A stretch of 64,000 bases of DNA from contig CT868028.1 of assembly GCA_000165425.1 (NCBI GenBank), positions 114,835 through 178,834 on the forward strand, given 5' to 3'. This DNA comes from Paramecium tetraurelia (taxonomy: Eukaryota). The position numbers and the translations under genes are program-made. Below are positions 42,207-56,029 of this stretch, one piece after another; position 1 is the stretch's first letter; the number at the start of each line of letters is the position of its first letter. Below the pieces are notes generated by a model. It ran no database searches. It was not told where the DNA came from and saw only the letters and a program-made list of their open reading frames with translations.

Positions 42207-45200
42207 TCATCCTTATTCCATCTCATTTTGTAACATTTCCTCCTCTTTTTACTTGAAGTATTAGACAACATTGGTCAATAAGAAATTTGATTTCAATTGC
42301 TTCTACTGTTGCATCTACTTTATAACCGAGAAGAAGGACAATGCTTTCTTTAATTTAGATCCTGTTTGAATTGTTTAGACTGGCACTTGTTTCAATTACT
42401 CTTCAAGTGCTGATGCTTCTATAGCTGGATTATATGGTTTTTCTTCTTCCTCACTCCCCATCTCCTCTATTTATTGTTGCAAGGTCTTTTGCTTTCTGGT
42501 CATACACTTATCAAAATCAGTAAAATCTTCAGCTTCCTTCAATTGCTATTTGATAGCATCTCCAGCCCTCAAGTAGATGAGGAGTAAAAAGGCATCAATC
42601 TTCTTATGGAGGGGTTCTTGTCTCCTGTCATCAATGCTCAAGATGTCCTTAGTTCTAATCAAGGATAGTTTCTCAGCACACCTACACAAGGCTTCAATAA
42701 ATTCATAGAATTCCATTTGAAAATGTCTCAGACTAAACAGCTCATCTACTTGAGTTTGCATTGATAACAAATATGCCAAATAGGCATCTCTTTCAACAAA
42801 GATGTCACAATACAAATCACATCTGAGCATTAGATCTCTGAAATCCTTGAATTGAATCCAAGTGTGTTTATAGAATTTCTACTTGGGATTCAACTTGGAT
42901 GTAAATTTAAATAACAATTTAAGCATGGGCAATCGATCCTCTATATTATTTAGTGTACTTTCTTACTTATTAACATGTCACTCTGTTCATTCCACAATCT
43001 CATATCTCTCCAATCCTGAGCTCGATCAATCTCTTGCAATCTGGCCTTAACCAAATCATCCTCAAATAATTTCAAGACACTTAATTTCATTGATTTACAT
43101 ATTCCCGTTCGTGTATACTTATCCAAAGCAATTCTTACGAGCACTTCCATAAATTGGTATCTTACTAATGCCTTCTCATAAACATTTGGATATTGAATGT
43201 CCTTAACATTTGAAGTCGAGATGAAATTCAAATCAATGTCTCCTGGTCTGAATTTGTCAGTCAATACTGTAGTCTAACCGATAAAATCAAAAAAACGCAT
43301 TCGATGATATGCAAGGGAATCTATACATATAAATCAACTATTTTACACTGGCTCCGATTAGAGTGGAAGCATAGAATTTATAACTAGCAAAGATATACGG
43401 ATAATATTCCCTCAAGATTTCCTTTACTTCCATCAACTCTTGAGGATCACGGACTATCCTGTTTATTTTCGAAGTCTGAAAATCGTATTCAAAACATTCA
43501 TCAATTAATTCATCATTATCTGGCTGATAGTTTTTGAATATTGAAATTTCATAACTCCAAAATGCCTACTTTTTATTCATGTATTAAGTTAAGTCGTAAG
43601 TTCTCTCCTCCTCTCTCGGTTTACTGAATATCTTCGGAACATATTTATCAACCACAGTGTGTTTGCCTTCAGTGAATACTTCATTCACAAATGTCATCTT
43701 GTTACCCTCAATCAAGATGTCTCCATTGTAAAGGAATTCCTACAAGCCCTTGGGCAATCGGATCATTGGCTGGAGTTTGCATGATCATCTAATTTTTTGC
43801 AGTTGTTTGGATCCCCAGTATTGGATTACTGAAGAAATACAGAATCCTTTGATTGGGTGGACACATTCGATATAAATGATATTCTCCTTGATGAGGATTC
43901 ATTAGAACAGGACGATATCCATCGAAATTGACATGTAAGAAGATAGGATCATTGTTCATACCACCTGATTTGCCTGGACTCCAAGTGAATTTTACTTCCT
44001 CCCATCCTTCACATATCCAACAAGAATCCCGTTATTTATCAAACTATTGATTCTATTTGACTGGTTTCATTCCCCAAATTCTTCTAAATCGATGAACCTA
44101 CTGAATCTCTTCCTTCTTGTGAATCGTCTTCTTTGGCTAAACAACCACATCATCATCCAGTAATCTGAGTGAAGTTTATGGGTTTTTCCTGCATTCCTCG
44201 ATTTTCTTCTATCTTGTTTATTCTTCCGAATCCCTGTCTCTGAGATGGCCAGTAGCATCAACTGCAAATTTGGGACAATTCCCTTCATAATGGAATCCAT
44301 AAATATTTTGATTTACATTTAATGCCTTCATGATTTCGATTGAAGATGGCTCATCAAAACCGTTATGCGATACATCTATGTGCATCAACTCAGGATATGG
44401 TTTTGCAATCACTCTGGCCATCTATTGAGCACACTCAAAGGAGGCTGTTCGATTGTAAGAGATGTCAAAGACCTTCACACTTGAATTCTTGTATAGAGCT
44501 TTCCATATATTGACACCTCCCTTGCTGTTGATGGAATTAAAGTGCAGATACAATTCAAACATTACATTTGACTTTTTCAAATAATTTGCTAAATCATTAG
44601 TACAGTTGTCTAAATTAGAATTATAGTAGAAGTACCTGTCAAATTGTTGCGACTTAGATTCAACAAAGTCAAGTAATCATTATCTTGCAAAGCCACGAAG
44701 AGATAATTGGCACCTAGGTCTCCTATTTTATTGTTTTCCAAGGAGAGCTTCTTCACTCTTGATTTCTGCATGTACTTGGCCAAGGTTTCGCAGGATTTGG
44801 AATCCAATCCATTGTTATTCAGATCCAGATCCTGAATTTGTTATGGAAAATTTTCAACCAAACTCTTGATTTTAGGAGAGGTTAATTGATTGTGGCTGAG
44901 TTTCAATTGCGTGATCTATTTACATTGAGGAGATTAGAGAGCTTCTGTGAATACCCTGATTTTAGACTCGTTCCTCAGCATTCCTTGGGATTCAGCAGTT
45001 TAGATGGTGTAATTGGAGTTGATCAAGCCAAGGCCAGATTGAAAGATATTGTAGACTGAGACTCAATATAAATTAATACCTTGAGAGCTCTTATTTAATT
45101 GCAGATAGATGTTGGGTTGTTGTTTATAGAACTAAGCATATTCTTCGAGCTTCTTAAAATTTTTGGTAGTGCTTCTAAAATCCTTTTGATTTATCTTCTG

Positions 45201-45920
45201 TAGGTTTTTACTATTCATGTAGGATAAAAGTAACTTACTTCCCCAATCTATAATTTTTCAGAAACTTTCCCTCGATCTGATAAATCATCGTAAGGCTGAT
45301 CCAGACGATCCTCATAGAGGTAAGGCTATTGTTTCTTGAGATCTTCAAGTTTTGTAGGCGCGATGAGCGTAGCCCCTCTTCTTTATGGCCTTTGGATTTG
45401 GTTTGGTTAATGATGTTTACGATTTAAGGGGCGAACTGGACTAGCTTCCTCTTTAGTGGCAAGCCTTTGTGATAGGACTTAGGCTTCTTCGTTTAGTTGA
45501 TCGATAAGTTTCTGATCTCCTTGGTAAAGATCATACATGGTTTCCATCCTAAGGTTCTATTGCATTTCCTTCAGATCCTCGTTGTCATTGTAGCGAGCAG
45601 TATGCATCTGCATCCTCTGTCGAATGGGTATCTCTGTAATCCGAGTACATGAATTCATATTGGTAGATGGCATTCGCATTTTCACTATGTCAAGTTGCGA
45701 TTTAACAATGGGAGACTTTTGATTAAGGCCAGTCCACGTACTCCGTAAGCTCGTTTGCCGCACTAGATAAGGGCTATGTCGTAGTACCGATCTTCTATTT
45801 TTCTGGCTCCTTATTTTGGGATCCCATTTGTTCCTCCTGTTCTTGTTGTCTGCGAACTTCCCGTAACTTCTCCAACAGTTTGGCTGGAGTGTTGTAGATC
45901 TTGAGTTTCTCAAACAACAT
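42207..45920 (-). CDS. RNI-like leucine-rich-repeat protein, tandem copy 2
   Basis: LSLENNKIGDLGA, LNLSRNNL, CWICEGW, MEFYEFIEALCRCAE; several short introns including a 25-nt one just after the start. Confidence 0.85.
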
Positions 45921-45974
45921 AATTTTATTAATGAAGTAAATTGGACATTATACATACGATGAAATAAATTGTCT

Positions 45975-46900
45975 TTGATAAGGTCTATGAAGGATTCCAC
46001 ACTCTCAACGACGAAATAGTTGCCATCAAACAATTAGACTTGATCATCCTCCAAAAGGACAAGTAATTAAACAAACCAATAGGTACCACACCAATTCAAA
46101 TCAACTAATTGCAGAGGATAGAAATCATGTGTAAATTGAGTCACAAGAATATTGTCAAACTTTTTGAGCTCTTGAATAACAAGAAATCCTTATTGAATAT
46201 GTCTGAAATGTGTTTTAAGCAGATATCTTAAACTATTGATCGAAAGCAAGTTATTAGTGAGTATCAAGTAAACTCTTCATTCTATAGCCTAGGCTATCGA
46301 TATTATGCTCCAAATACTAGAAGGTTTCAAATGATTAATCAAGAGCGGCGTTATTCATCTAGATATGAAACCAGCCAAAGTTTTCAGATATAGTCATTGT
46401 CAAATTTACTAATTTTGGAATTGCTAAATATGTTGAGAATTATTCATCCCAATTACTTATACCTGAAGTTGGAAGTCCAGTTTATATGGTACTTCAAGTA
46501 ATAGAAAAGATAGCATTACAGTACTAAATGTGATATTTGGTCGCTCAGAGTTATTTTTATTGAAATTTTACACTTCGATGTAATCTTTTATCCCATCTAC
46601 AATACCTTGAAAAGAGATGGATGGAGTAGACCTTTTACTAAACATCAAAACTTAATATTTATAATTCAAAAATGAACTCAAAACGTTTTCAAAACAATAT
46701 CTTACCATGGTAGTTATAATATTATCTATTATAGTCTTTTGTAATTGAACAAGAAAATAGAGCTTCGTTGCATCAAATATTGATCTATCCAATAATTGTG
46801 GGTTATAGAAGACATTCTCTGCTAAAGATATCAACGAGGTAAGCAATTACCGACTTGGATTCAAAGACCTATCATTTTATAAAAATTACCCCAAAAAAGT
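45975..46900 (+). pseudogene. Decayed Ser/Thr kinase (ULK/Atg1-like)
   Basis: KVYEG, VAIK, HKNIVKL, HLDMKPA, NFG, VGSPVYMVLQ, KCDIWSL are recognisable, but with an in-frame TGA at 46332-46334, frame changes and lost HRD/DFG/APE residues. Confidence 0.75.
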
Positions 46901-47546
46901 AGGATGAGCATAAAATACAAAAAATTAGATGAATTAAATTTAATTGAGAAAATAGAATAGCTCATTTACCACTTTTTAAAGGAACAGAATACCTATGTTG
47001 AAAAATTTCGTAGAAATAATGTATAGTATTTAAAAATAAATAAATTAATTTGAATTAGAATATTGTTAAAGAATAACAAATTTGAGTTTGGTATTGTGAA
47101 GTTTAAAATAGACTAGCATCGATTTGTATGAAAAATTCTCATTTCAAAAATTGCTTTTGAAATTTCAAGACTAATTCAACAGTGAATACATTGAATGCAT
47201 AATTATTTGTAAAAGTAGATTGATTTAAAAATTGGTTGTCTTTCAATTAAACCAAACGATAAGTAAATAAATGAAGCACAGAATTAATTGAAAACACGTA
47301 ATAATTCTAATATAATTATTGATACATGAGATAAGCTATATAAATTTATTAGATTTGATAAATAATTATAATAAAATAGCTTGATTTTGTATAATATAGA
47401 AATATCATAATTACAATTACATTAATTTCAGTCAATGTGCTTCAAATTCACCCTGTTTATGATACAACCTCCAATCTAGAATTATTTTAACTCAAACTTA
47501 TTATAATTAGAATGATCTAATATTGATTATTAAATTTAAATATAAA

Positions 47547-47966
47547 ATGGCTTCTGCAAATTAACAATTTTCTTTTTTCCAAGAATATGCCCTTAAGAAA
47601 ATACAGTTTGTGGTGGACAATATTAGATACGAGTTTGATAACCATAAAATGTTATGGTCAACTGATGTTATTGAGGAAGATGATAATCCAGATGATGAGG
47701 TGAATAAGGAACAACTGAAAAAGAGAGGATTAAAATAAATAGAGTTGAGAGAATAAGTAAGATAGAATGAACACACCATTTCTAAATTAGCATCAGAGAT
47801 TCAGTTGCTGAATGATAATATAAATAAATATTAAGAAAAATTATAACAAAGTCAAGCAGAATAGAATCAATTAATAGATGAGTACATTCATGAGCATTTA
47901 GAAACTGAGAAGATTAAGGGTGCCAGAGAGAGATTGGATAAACTCAAACGTGAGTTGGGACTATGA
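47547..47966 (+). CDS. Small coiled-coil protein (139 aa)
   Basis: Intronless code-6 ORF MASANQQFSFFQEYALKKIQFVVDNIRYEFDNHKMLWST...LKRELGL*. Confidence 0.7.
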
Positions 47967-47980
47967 ATATAATAATTATA

Positions 47981-48927
47981 ATGAATAATATTATCGATTT
48001 TATAAAATAAAATGGCAGTCCATTTGAAACTTTAGAACTTGACATGACAGCAGATAAAAAAGAGATTAAATCGCAATATAAAGAATTAGCCAGAAAATAT
48101 CATCCTGATAAGAATTTGAATACCAAAGAGAAATTCATTAAAATTTAAAAAGCCTATGAGTTCTTAATCCACAATTTAGCAGATATTCATAAATACGTTG
48201 AGCATTAGAAATTCAGATAATAAGAACAAAAGAAAATGACTAGTGAATAGAAGTAATATGCGGAAGATTTAAAGAGAAGAGAACAAATGGCTGAGAGGTA
48301 GAAACAATAGGAAGATATAGTAAAGTAGATGAGAGTGAATGAAGAAGTATTAATGGCTAATATTTTAGATGAACAGACTTGAGGAATAGAGAAAATTTGA
48401 AGAGAATGAGAAGAAGTAGAAGCAGGAGAAATTAATTTAATTTGAGTTGCAAAATCAAGATCTGTATAAGAGATTAAATACAATTAAGATCAAGTGGGCA
48501 AAAGATTAATTGTATACTCCTGATTTGTTGAGTTTGTTATTCAAGAACTACGGTGCTATTCAGGAGATTAAGGTTCAGGATAATAAGAGGAAAGCAACTA
48601 TCACTTTTCATACGACTGAAGCAGCTGTAAACATATAAATAAATTTAGAATAATGCAGTGATTCAATAGAGTGATGGATTTTTGAAGGTTAAGCATTTTA
48701 TGAAAAAAGAAAAGAGACAGTAGGTTCAGAAACAATTGCAAACAGAGAAGGAGATGATCAATAGGAATGATCAAGATGTTTATCAACTCAGTACTGATAC
48801 TTTGAATAGGATTTCACATTTTTATAATAAGGATTCTAAGATTAAGGAAGGGTTGGATGAACTTAAGAGGGAGCAGGAGAGATTAAAATTAATAAATTAG
48901 ATTTATGAAGAGGAACTAAATAAATGA
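47981..48927 (+). CDS. DNAJC17: J-domain + RRM protein, DNAJC17/Cwc23-like
   Basis: KYHPDKN J-domain, coiled coil, IKIKW...LFKNYGAI...KATITF RRM; short introns. Confidence 0.8.
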
Positions 48928-49058
48928 GTCTGATTTTGTATTGTCATTTATATGATTATTGATTTAAAGAGGGTGTTTGATTGCAACTTTGATGAATGGG
49001 ACTTAATATTAATTAATAATTAGGTTTATAGTATAATAATTAAAAAACGTATACGATT

Positions 49059-52000
49059 ATGGATTAGTAGAGATTTTAGATATCTTATCCCTAATTGTAA
49101 AGCATGTTTGACACAGGCAACTTGCAATCTGGTCAATCGACTGAAATATTAGATCAAATAGGGTAAGTTGTAATGTAAATAGAAGGGGTGTTGAATAAAT
49201 TTTCAGGAGTTTGGAAAGTGATCCCAAAAGTGGAGTGCAAGATGTGAGCGATAGAGTAGAGCAATTTGGTAGTAATAAGTTGGATCCACCTGCTTTATCT
49301 CCCTTCTATATGTGCATGTACAAATAGAGCAAAGATTTCTGTATTCGAATATTAGCACTTGCAACTGTAATAATGTTTCTGATGGCTTTATTCTCTGAAG
49401 AACCATTCGAATAGATAGTGTAAGCATTTTCAATTCTTATTGCAATTTGTGCAGTGGTGATTATTGGAGCGTTGACTGACTATAGAAAGGAAAAATAATT
49501 TAGACAATTGTATTTGGAATAGGAAGAACAATAGAAGAAACTATTTTAAGTAGTTCGAAATGGAGTGATCTAATAATTGAATCATCTTGACCTTGTTGTA
49601 GGAGATATCATTACAATTAAACCAGGAGATAATGTGACTGTAGATGGAATACTCATTGATGGTACTGAGACAGTAGAAGTGGATGAAAGTATGATAACTG
49701 GTTTAACTGATTCATTATCTAAATAACCTATTTCAAGAGGCAAGAATTGTTTTATAAGAGGAGGTAGCAATATTTTTGAAGGAACAGCAAAAGTGATAGT
49801 TTTAGCTGTGGGTAAATTTACGTATTCAAACAGAATGAAGAATGATAATTAAATTAAAGAAGAGGGGGAAGAGGAATTGATTCATGATGAACGATCTCCA
49901 TTGTCAAAAGCATTAGAAACATTGGCTAAATTCTTAGTCTTCATTGGTTGCATGAGTGCTTTAGCCATGTTCATTATTTTGGAATTGTATATGGTCAGAG
50001 AACTTTAAGAATTGCAAGAGAAAATATTCTCTTAATTTACTTTAAAGAAGGTCTTATCAGATTTTATTGATGCATTCCTAATCATAGTACTCTCTATTCC
50101 AGAAGGATTGCCATTAATTGTGACATTGTCTTTGGCATTTTCGATTGCCAAATTGAGATAACAAGATATTGTGATTAGAAATTTGCATGTTTGTTAGGTG
50201 TTGGGAGGTATTGACACTATTTGCTTTGATAAAACTGGAACATTAACTTATAATAATCTCAAGGTTAGTAATGTTCACATAGCAAGTGAAGAAAGATATC
50301 ATAATTTAAGATCTAATGATCCTATTTTTAGAATGCTAGCTGAGGCAGTATTATCTACAAATTCAGCCTTTTTATCAGAAGATATTATTAATCAAATTAA
50401 ATAGGGTGAGCAAGAAGAGGGTCAATCTGAACATAGTGGGAAATCAAATAAGAAATCTTAAAAATCAAAGAGTTCTTCTTCAAAATCTATTAAATCTAAT
50501 AGTGTTTTCGAGGCAACCATAAAAAGCGATTGGAGTGGTAATAGATTGGATGTTGCTTTAATTGATTATGTGGAATTGAAACTGAAAAGGGAATTCGTCT
50601 ATGAATATTTATAGGATCTAAAGAATCAGATAAGAAAAACTATTCCAATTAATAATTATGGATTCCATACTGAAATTTTATAGATAAGAGGTGATAAATA
50701 CAGGATCATTCTGAAAGGTAAATCCAAAGAAATCATTGAAAAATGCACTTAAATCAATATCTCAATTCCAGATAATAGGGATTTCGAATTATATGAGCCA
50801 GGACAATTCAAGTTGCAAGAATGTTGTAATCAAGTTATGAACTAAGAATTTTCGGAATTAGAAAAGAAAGCAGTATTAAATTACAATTCATAATCACTAA
50901 AAACTATATCATTTGCATATAGAGATGTTTAAATAAACAATTTGATTGAATAAGATTGGAATCAATTAATCTCTTAGAATAACTTTACTTATATTGGAAC
51001 GATAGCTATGAGAGATGACATTAGACAGGAAGCTAAGAGATTAGATAGTGCTTTGAAGATGGGTAGTATGAGTGTGATGATACTGACTGGAGACACTAGA
51101 GTAAATGCAGTTAATGTAGCCAAACAATTAGGATGGGTAAGTAGTGATTAAGCAGACCATGAAATATAAAGAATAAGCGAACATTTACCAAAATCTTCTC
51201 AAATGGAATAACCTAATATCATTGAACCACCATTTATCAATAACGATGAATAATAAGCAATCAAGATTACATCAGCAATAATGGAATGTCCACAAGATGA
51301 AATTGCTCCACTCTTGAATAATAAATTTGAGCAATAATAAAATCCATCATCAGCTGCGCTAAAAACTATATTGATTTTGAATTTCTAAGAATATGTAATT
51401 AGAATTAGAAAGATCTTAAACGATTCTAAAATCTATTATACTCATTAAGAAGTTAATGAAAGAAACATAGTATCTAAAATTCCTGAGATTCTGGATGATG
51501 CCATCGCAAGCAAGGTATTATTTTTACATTTAAATCTAGTCAGTTTCAAATATGAATAAAGTATTACAAATTTTAGCAGATCTCAATTAACATTAAAAGC
51601 ATCAATTTTTGGAGGTGTATTCCAATATCAATGAATCCACTATTGGATATGTTGGAGATGGTAACAATGATGCTATTGCTTTGTAAACTGCAGCTGTAGG
51701 AATCACATTAGGAAAGACTGCCACTAACATAGCTCGAGAATGTAGTGGAGTGATCTTGATGGATGATAAATTAGATGGTATAGAACTCTGTATGAAATAC
51801 GGCAGAAACATCTTCTTAAATATCAAAAGATTCATCTATTTCTAATTGAGTTTCTTTTTGAACTCAATTGCCATCATGCTTACTGCCTCCATTGTTTTGA
51901 AATAATAACCGTACACTGTCCTAGAAGTCATTTGGTTGAGCTTGTAATTATAAAATTTCATTATTAGAGTACAAGATATATTTTCAGCTGTCGCCCTTAG

Positions 52001-52545
52001 TACTGAGATACCTTAGGATGATATCCTAAATAGAACTAAACCTGCTAAAAGAGGAGAAAACATCATAGACAAGTTTCTATTATAAATGACTTGCACATAA
52101 GCTTTATTTCAATACTTGGCTACTTTGATTGTTCTCTTTTTAACTCCGTTGATTTTTGGCATTGAGTAATGTTATTTATTTATAAAATAGGCCTTCTTAC
52201 AATCATGATTTACATGCATTAGGAGCAGAATTTGTTTCTGAATGGGCTGTTCATTATACTCTTGTCTATCATTTAACTGCTAATTTCTAGATTGTCAATT
52301 TAATATGCAGTCGTAGAATTGGATAACATGAATACAATGTCCTTGAAGGTATCCAAAAGAATAAACCATTTACGGTGATGATTATTGGCTTGATAATAAT
52401 TCAATAGGTTATCATTTATGCTGGAGGCAAGTACTTTAAAACTGCTCCTTTAACTATATTTGAAAATCTGTTTTGCTTAATTTTATCTTTTGGAGCCATG
52501 ATTGTCTTTTGGTTGTCTAAATATTTCTATTCAACTACGAAATGA
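49059..52545 (+). CDS. Divergent P-type ATPase of the Ca2+-pump (P2B/PMCA-like) class
   Basis: LVVGDI, VDESMITG, SIPEGLPL, CFDKTGTLT, LTGD, VGDGNNDAIAL, GRNIF, C-terminal TM segments; several introns. Confidence 0.88.
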
Positions 52546-52596
52546 GATATCAATATAGAGATATATGTAAATAAGAAAATTAAATTTAATTTATAA

Positions 52597-53202
52597 TCAA
52601 TACACAACATATTACTTAATCTCGACATTATTCAATTATTCTTATTTCAATATCTCGGAAGAGAGTTGTTCTTCCCTTCTTATAAAAATTAGACTGGCAA
52701 ATAAGATTAATGAGACAAAAAATTAAGACACAATCACCCATGCTTGGAGATCGTAATTGTTAATTGCCGACATCAAAATTATTGACAGCACAATTAATGT
52801 CAATCCTGAGACTGCAACTGAAATAATGGATATGTAGTTGAAATTTATAGTATTCCCTGGCAAATTCGATTGTTTCAATAAACACATTGTTAGTGCTATC
52901 ACAATTAAAACTAAATCAATAATTGTAATAGGATAGGCAGCTAAAATCGTATTACATACATATTAATCCTGACAATCTGATGAATTAATTCTTTCTTTAT
53001 ACAGCAATTTATTATTGAGCCTGCATCTCTTATACCCATCATATTTTAATTTGCATTCCAACTATTCCCCATAATACTCCTATTTTGAAAATTGATAATT
53101 TGAAAATAACAAAATAATCAACCACACACCAGCACTTGCCAAAAAAACAATTTGCAATGTCGTATTTGTTTTTGGATTTATCCTATTAATGTATGAATTC
53201 AT
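52597..53202 (-). CDS. Hypothetical multi-pass membrane protein (3' end uncertain)
   Basis: TM LQIVFLASAGVWLIILLF, Cys-containing loop, further TMs IIDLVLIVIALTMCLL and IISVAVSGLTLIVLSIILMS. Confidence 0.55.
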
Positions 53203-55365
53203 AAAAATTTTATTATTACAATCAATACTATGATGTAATTACTTAAATTTAATACCATAGAATGCACTCATTTTGATAAACATATTTAATACTAATTCCA
53301 AAGTGATACCAAAAAGAGATAGTTCTTAAGATAAGTCATTGTACTAAACCAGAAAAACCAATATGAAACGAGAAGAAGATTTATATTGAAGTTCAATATG
53401 AAAACCTTGGCTCAAATCAGAATTGCCTATACTTAATCTAATAATGCATTAAGATTCCCAACGAAGAATGAGAAGAAAGTGGAAGATGCACATCAATATA
53501 TTAACTGAAAAAATAGGGGAAGTATAGAAAAGGATGAGAATATGACTCAACAAATATAATAGGGCCCAAGATAAATCTACAAAATGGAATACAAAAATAA
53601 GATTATTAAAGATTTATTTACTAAAATCAGAAATTATCAGATTCCATTTATAATTTAATTTGTTAATTGCATCTAAAAGGAAAGGTGAAGCGGACTATAT
53701 ATTTTATCTAACTTAAACCTCATCAGACTTGATCTATTGACACCATTTAAGAAGTAAATATGTAATTTTTGATTTAGTTTTAGAAATTAATTGTCCTCAA
53801 ATAATTATTTAATATTGGCAAACAGAATTTACCTATTTTTTGAACTAGCTGTTAGGATGGGTGAACTTAAGTAAATAACATTTTATTCTAGAACCTTTAG
53901 ATCTTAAATTTTACATCCTCAATTGATAAAAGACACGGAAGATTTAGAGTATAAGTTTAAGGAGAACAGATTAGATACACATCTTTAAGAATATTTTATT
54001 TTAAAATTTTTCTTTTTTCTAATTGTTTTGTTCATTCTTACCTGACCTACACTTAAATTAAACTGAGCTGAGATTACAGAATTTTCAATCCTTCTTTTAT
54101 AACCCTTAAATTTTTTAGTTATGCTTAGATTAATGGAGAAAATCTGAACTTTTTTGTTGTTGTTAATTTCAATTTATTATTAAATTTTTCTTTTCTATTT
54201 TTTCACATGTTTCAATCTAACTTATTAATTCATAACTTTTGTTATAAGGAGATTGGTTGAAAAATAGAATATTAAAACTCAATTGTGTTTTAAACACATC
54301 ATTTTCATAAATGATAAACAGTATGTTGTACAAACCATATGCCTATTTAGCAGTGTTTGACTATTGTATGAAAAAGGTTGAGATTCATCTTTATTTGAGT
54401 TGACCGTTCTTGACTTTTTAATATCAGACTGGAAATTAAATTCGATTATGTAATTAGAAATCAAAATGTTTTAGGAAGATTAAATATTTTAATTTGACTT
54501 AAGAGAAAAGATCAGTTGATACGATTTTTTCGAGTAGCAAAGAATAAGTCAGCTCAAATTTAAGAATAAAAAAAGTCTGATTATAAATAAGTATTGGAAA
54601 AAATAAAATATCAAAAAAATACAGATTAAATTAGGAGCAAGAAAAGAATTAGAGACCTGATTAATCATTTGAAACTAAATTACAAAAAACTAAAATAAAT
54701 TAATGGAAACCTCACTTCGTTAGAATCGAATAAAATGTCTTAGAAAATGTTCAAGAAGTAGGACTAAATTTGGATACATTGATTTTTGCAAGCTGGAATC
54801 AGTAATAATCTTAGAAATATAAGGAAAAATAAACACAAATTAAAGTGCGAAAATGTCCAAAGAATTTTGTTCATAAGACTATGTCCACAGAATAATAATT
54901 CTCTAGACAAATAAATAATTTTCAAAAAATCATTGATTTGCCAGTTTCCATTTCTACTTTTGGATAAAATCCTCTTGTAAAAATAGAAAAAATTTAGAAC
55001 ATTACAATGGTCTAGAATTCTATAATTTGTTCTTCCAAAGACTTTATGATAAATCATTTTTATAGGAGAATTTCATAAAAGATGGAGGACTTTTGAAGCA
55101 AATTTTTTCCATATTTAAAATGATTATTGTTTTTAGAACCTAAATTTCAATATATAAGTTTTGGAATGACCTTAAATTAGGATTTTAGGTTCTCACAATA
55201 TCAATTTTAAGTTAAAAACTATTTATTTCAAGGTAAGTATTAAATTATATCATTGTTGTTTTTAATTTATAATATTAGTTTACCAAAACACACTCTTTCC
55301 TACAAACACAAATTGTAAAAAATTTCCTGAATTGATCATAGTAGAAATGTAAAATGACAAAAACT

Positions 55366-55435
55366 TGACCCTTGAGGAATTGAACCTCGAGCTTCCAATT
55401 ATGAGTTGGTTGCACCACTATTGTGCGAAAGAATC
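55366..55435 (-). tRNA. tRNA-like gene 8 (dispersed family member), loop CTCATAA, anticodon CAT (Met)
   Basis: GATTCTT-TC-GCAC-AATAGTG-GTGC-A-ACCAA-CTCATAA-TTGGA-AGCTC-GAGG-TTCAATT-CCTC-AAGGGTC-A; T5 terminator; shares C9, the GCAC/GTGC D stem and A27:A43 with the array. Confidence 0.75.
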
Positions 55436-55736
55436 AATATATAATAGCCATCCAAAGATTAAGTGAGAATATAAAATTTATATATCTAGGCTATGATTTA
55501 GATGTCTCAATCTCATTAAATTATCTAAGATGATCAAGAGTTCTTGAATTATTTTGTATATATATTTTGGTTCTAAGTAATTTAAGAATGCTTTTGGTTG
55601 CTTTAATACATAAAAATAATTATTGAGATAAATATTATAATAGTAGTGATTTAGACTCATCATTTCCCTTATTTTGAACTATAAATTATTATTTTGGAGA
55701 ATTCATTAATGAAAGGATAAGAAATATGTTAAGCTA

Positions 55737-55810
55737 GCCCTCCTAGCTCAGTTGGTCAGAGCGTTGGCCTTTTAAGCCAAATGTCAAGGGTTCGACCCCC
55801 TTGGAGGGCG
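55737..55810 (+). tRNA. tRNA-Lys(TTT)
   Basis: Canonical cloverleaf GCCCTCC-TA-GCTC-AGTTGGTCA-GAGC-G-TTGGC-CTTTTAA-GCCAA-ATGTC-AAGGG-TTCGACC-CCCTT-GGAGGGC-G; T6 terminator. Confidence 0.97.
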
Positions 55811-56029
55811 GTTCTTTTTTATTTTTTAATTATCATAAATTAAATGTAAATACAAGCTGTAATTATCAAACAATTATCGATTTTACTACTATTTAATATA
55901 AAATAACGCATATTGAACTGAAAGTATTTGTATATTCAAAGCATTCTACCATTATTAAAGTAATTCAAAAATATATGAATTATCAAATGGTTTCCAATAC
56001 AAATAATTATTATTAGAGATATTATAAAT

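Noticed and set aside
53230..55150. Coding-like segments on both strands
   Set aside because: No consistent frame or intron model could be built; possibly a decayed gene
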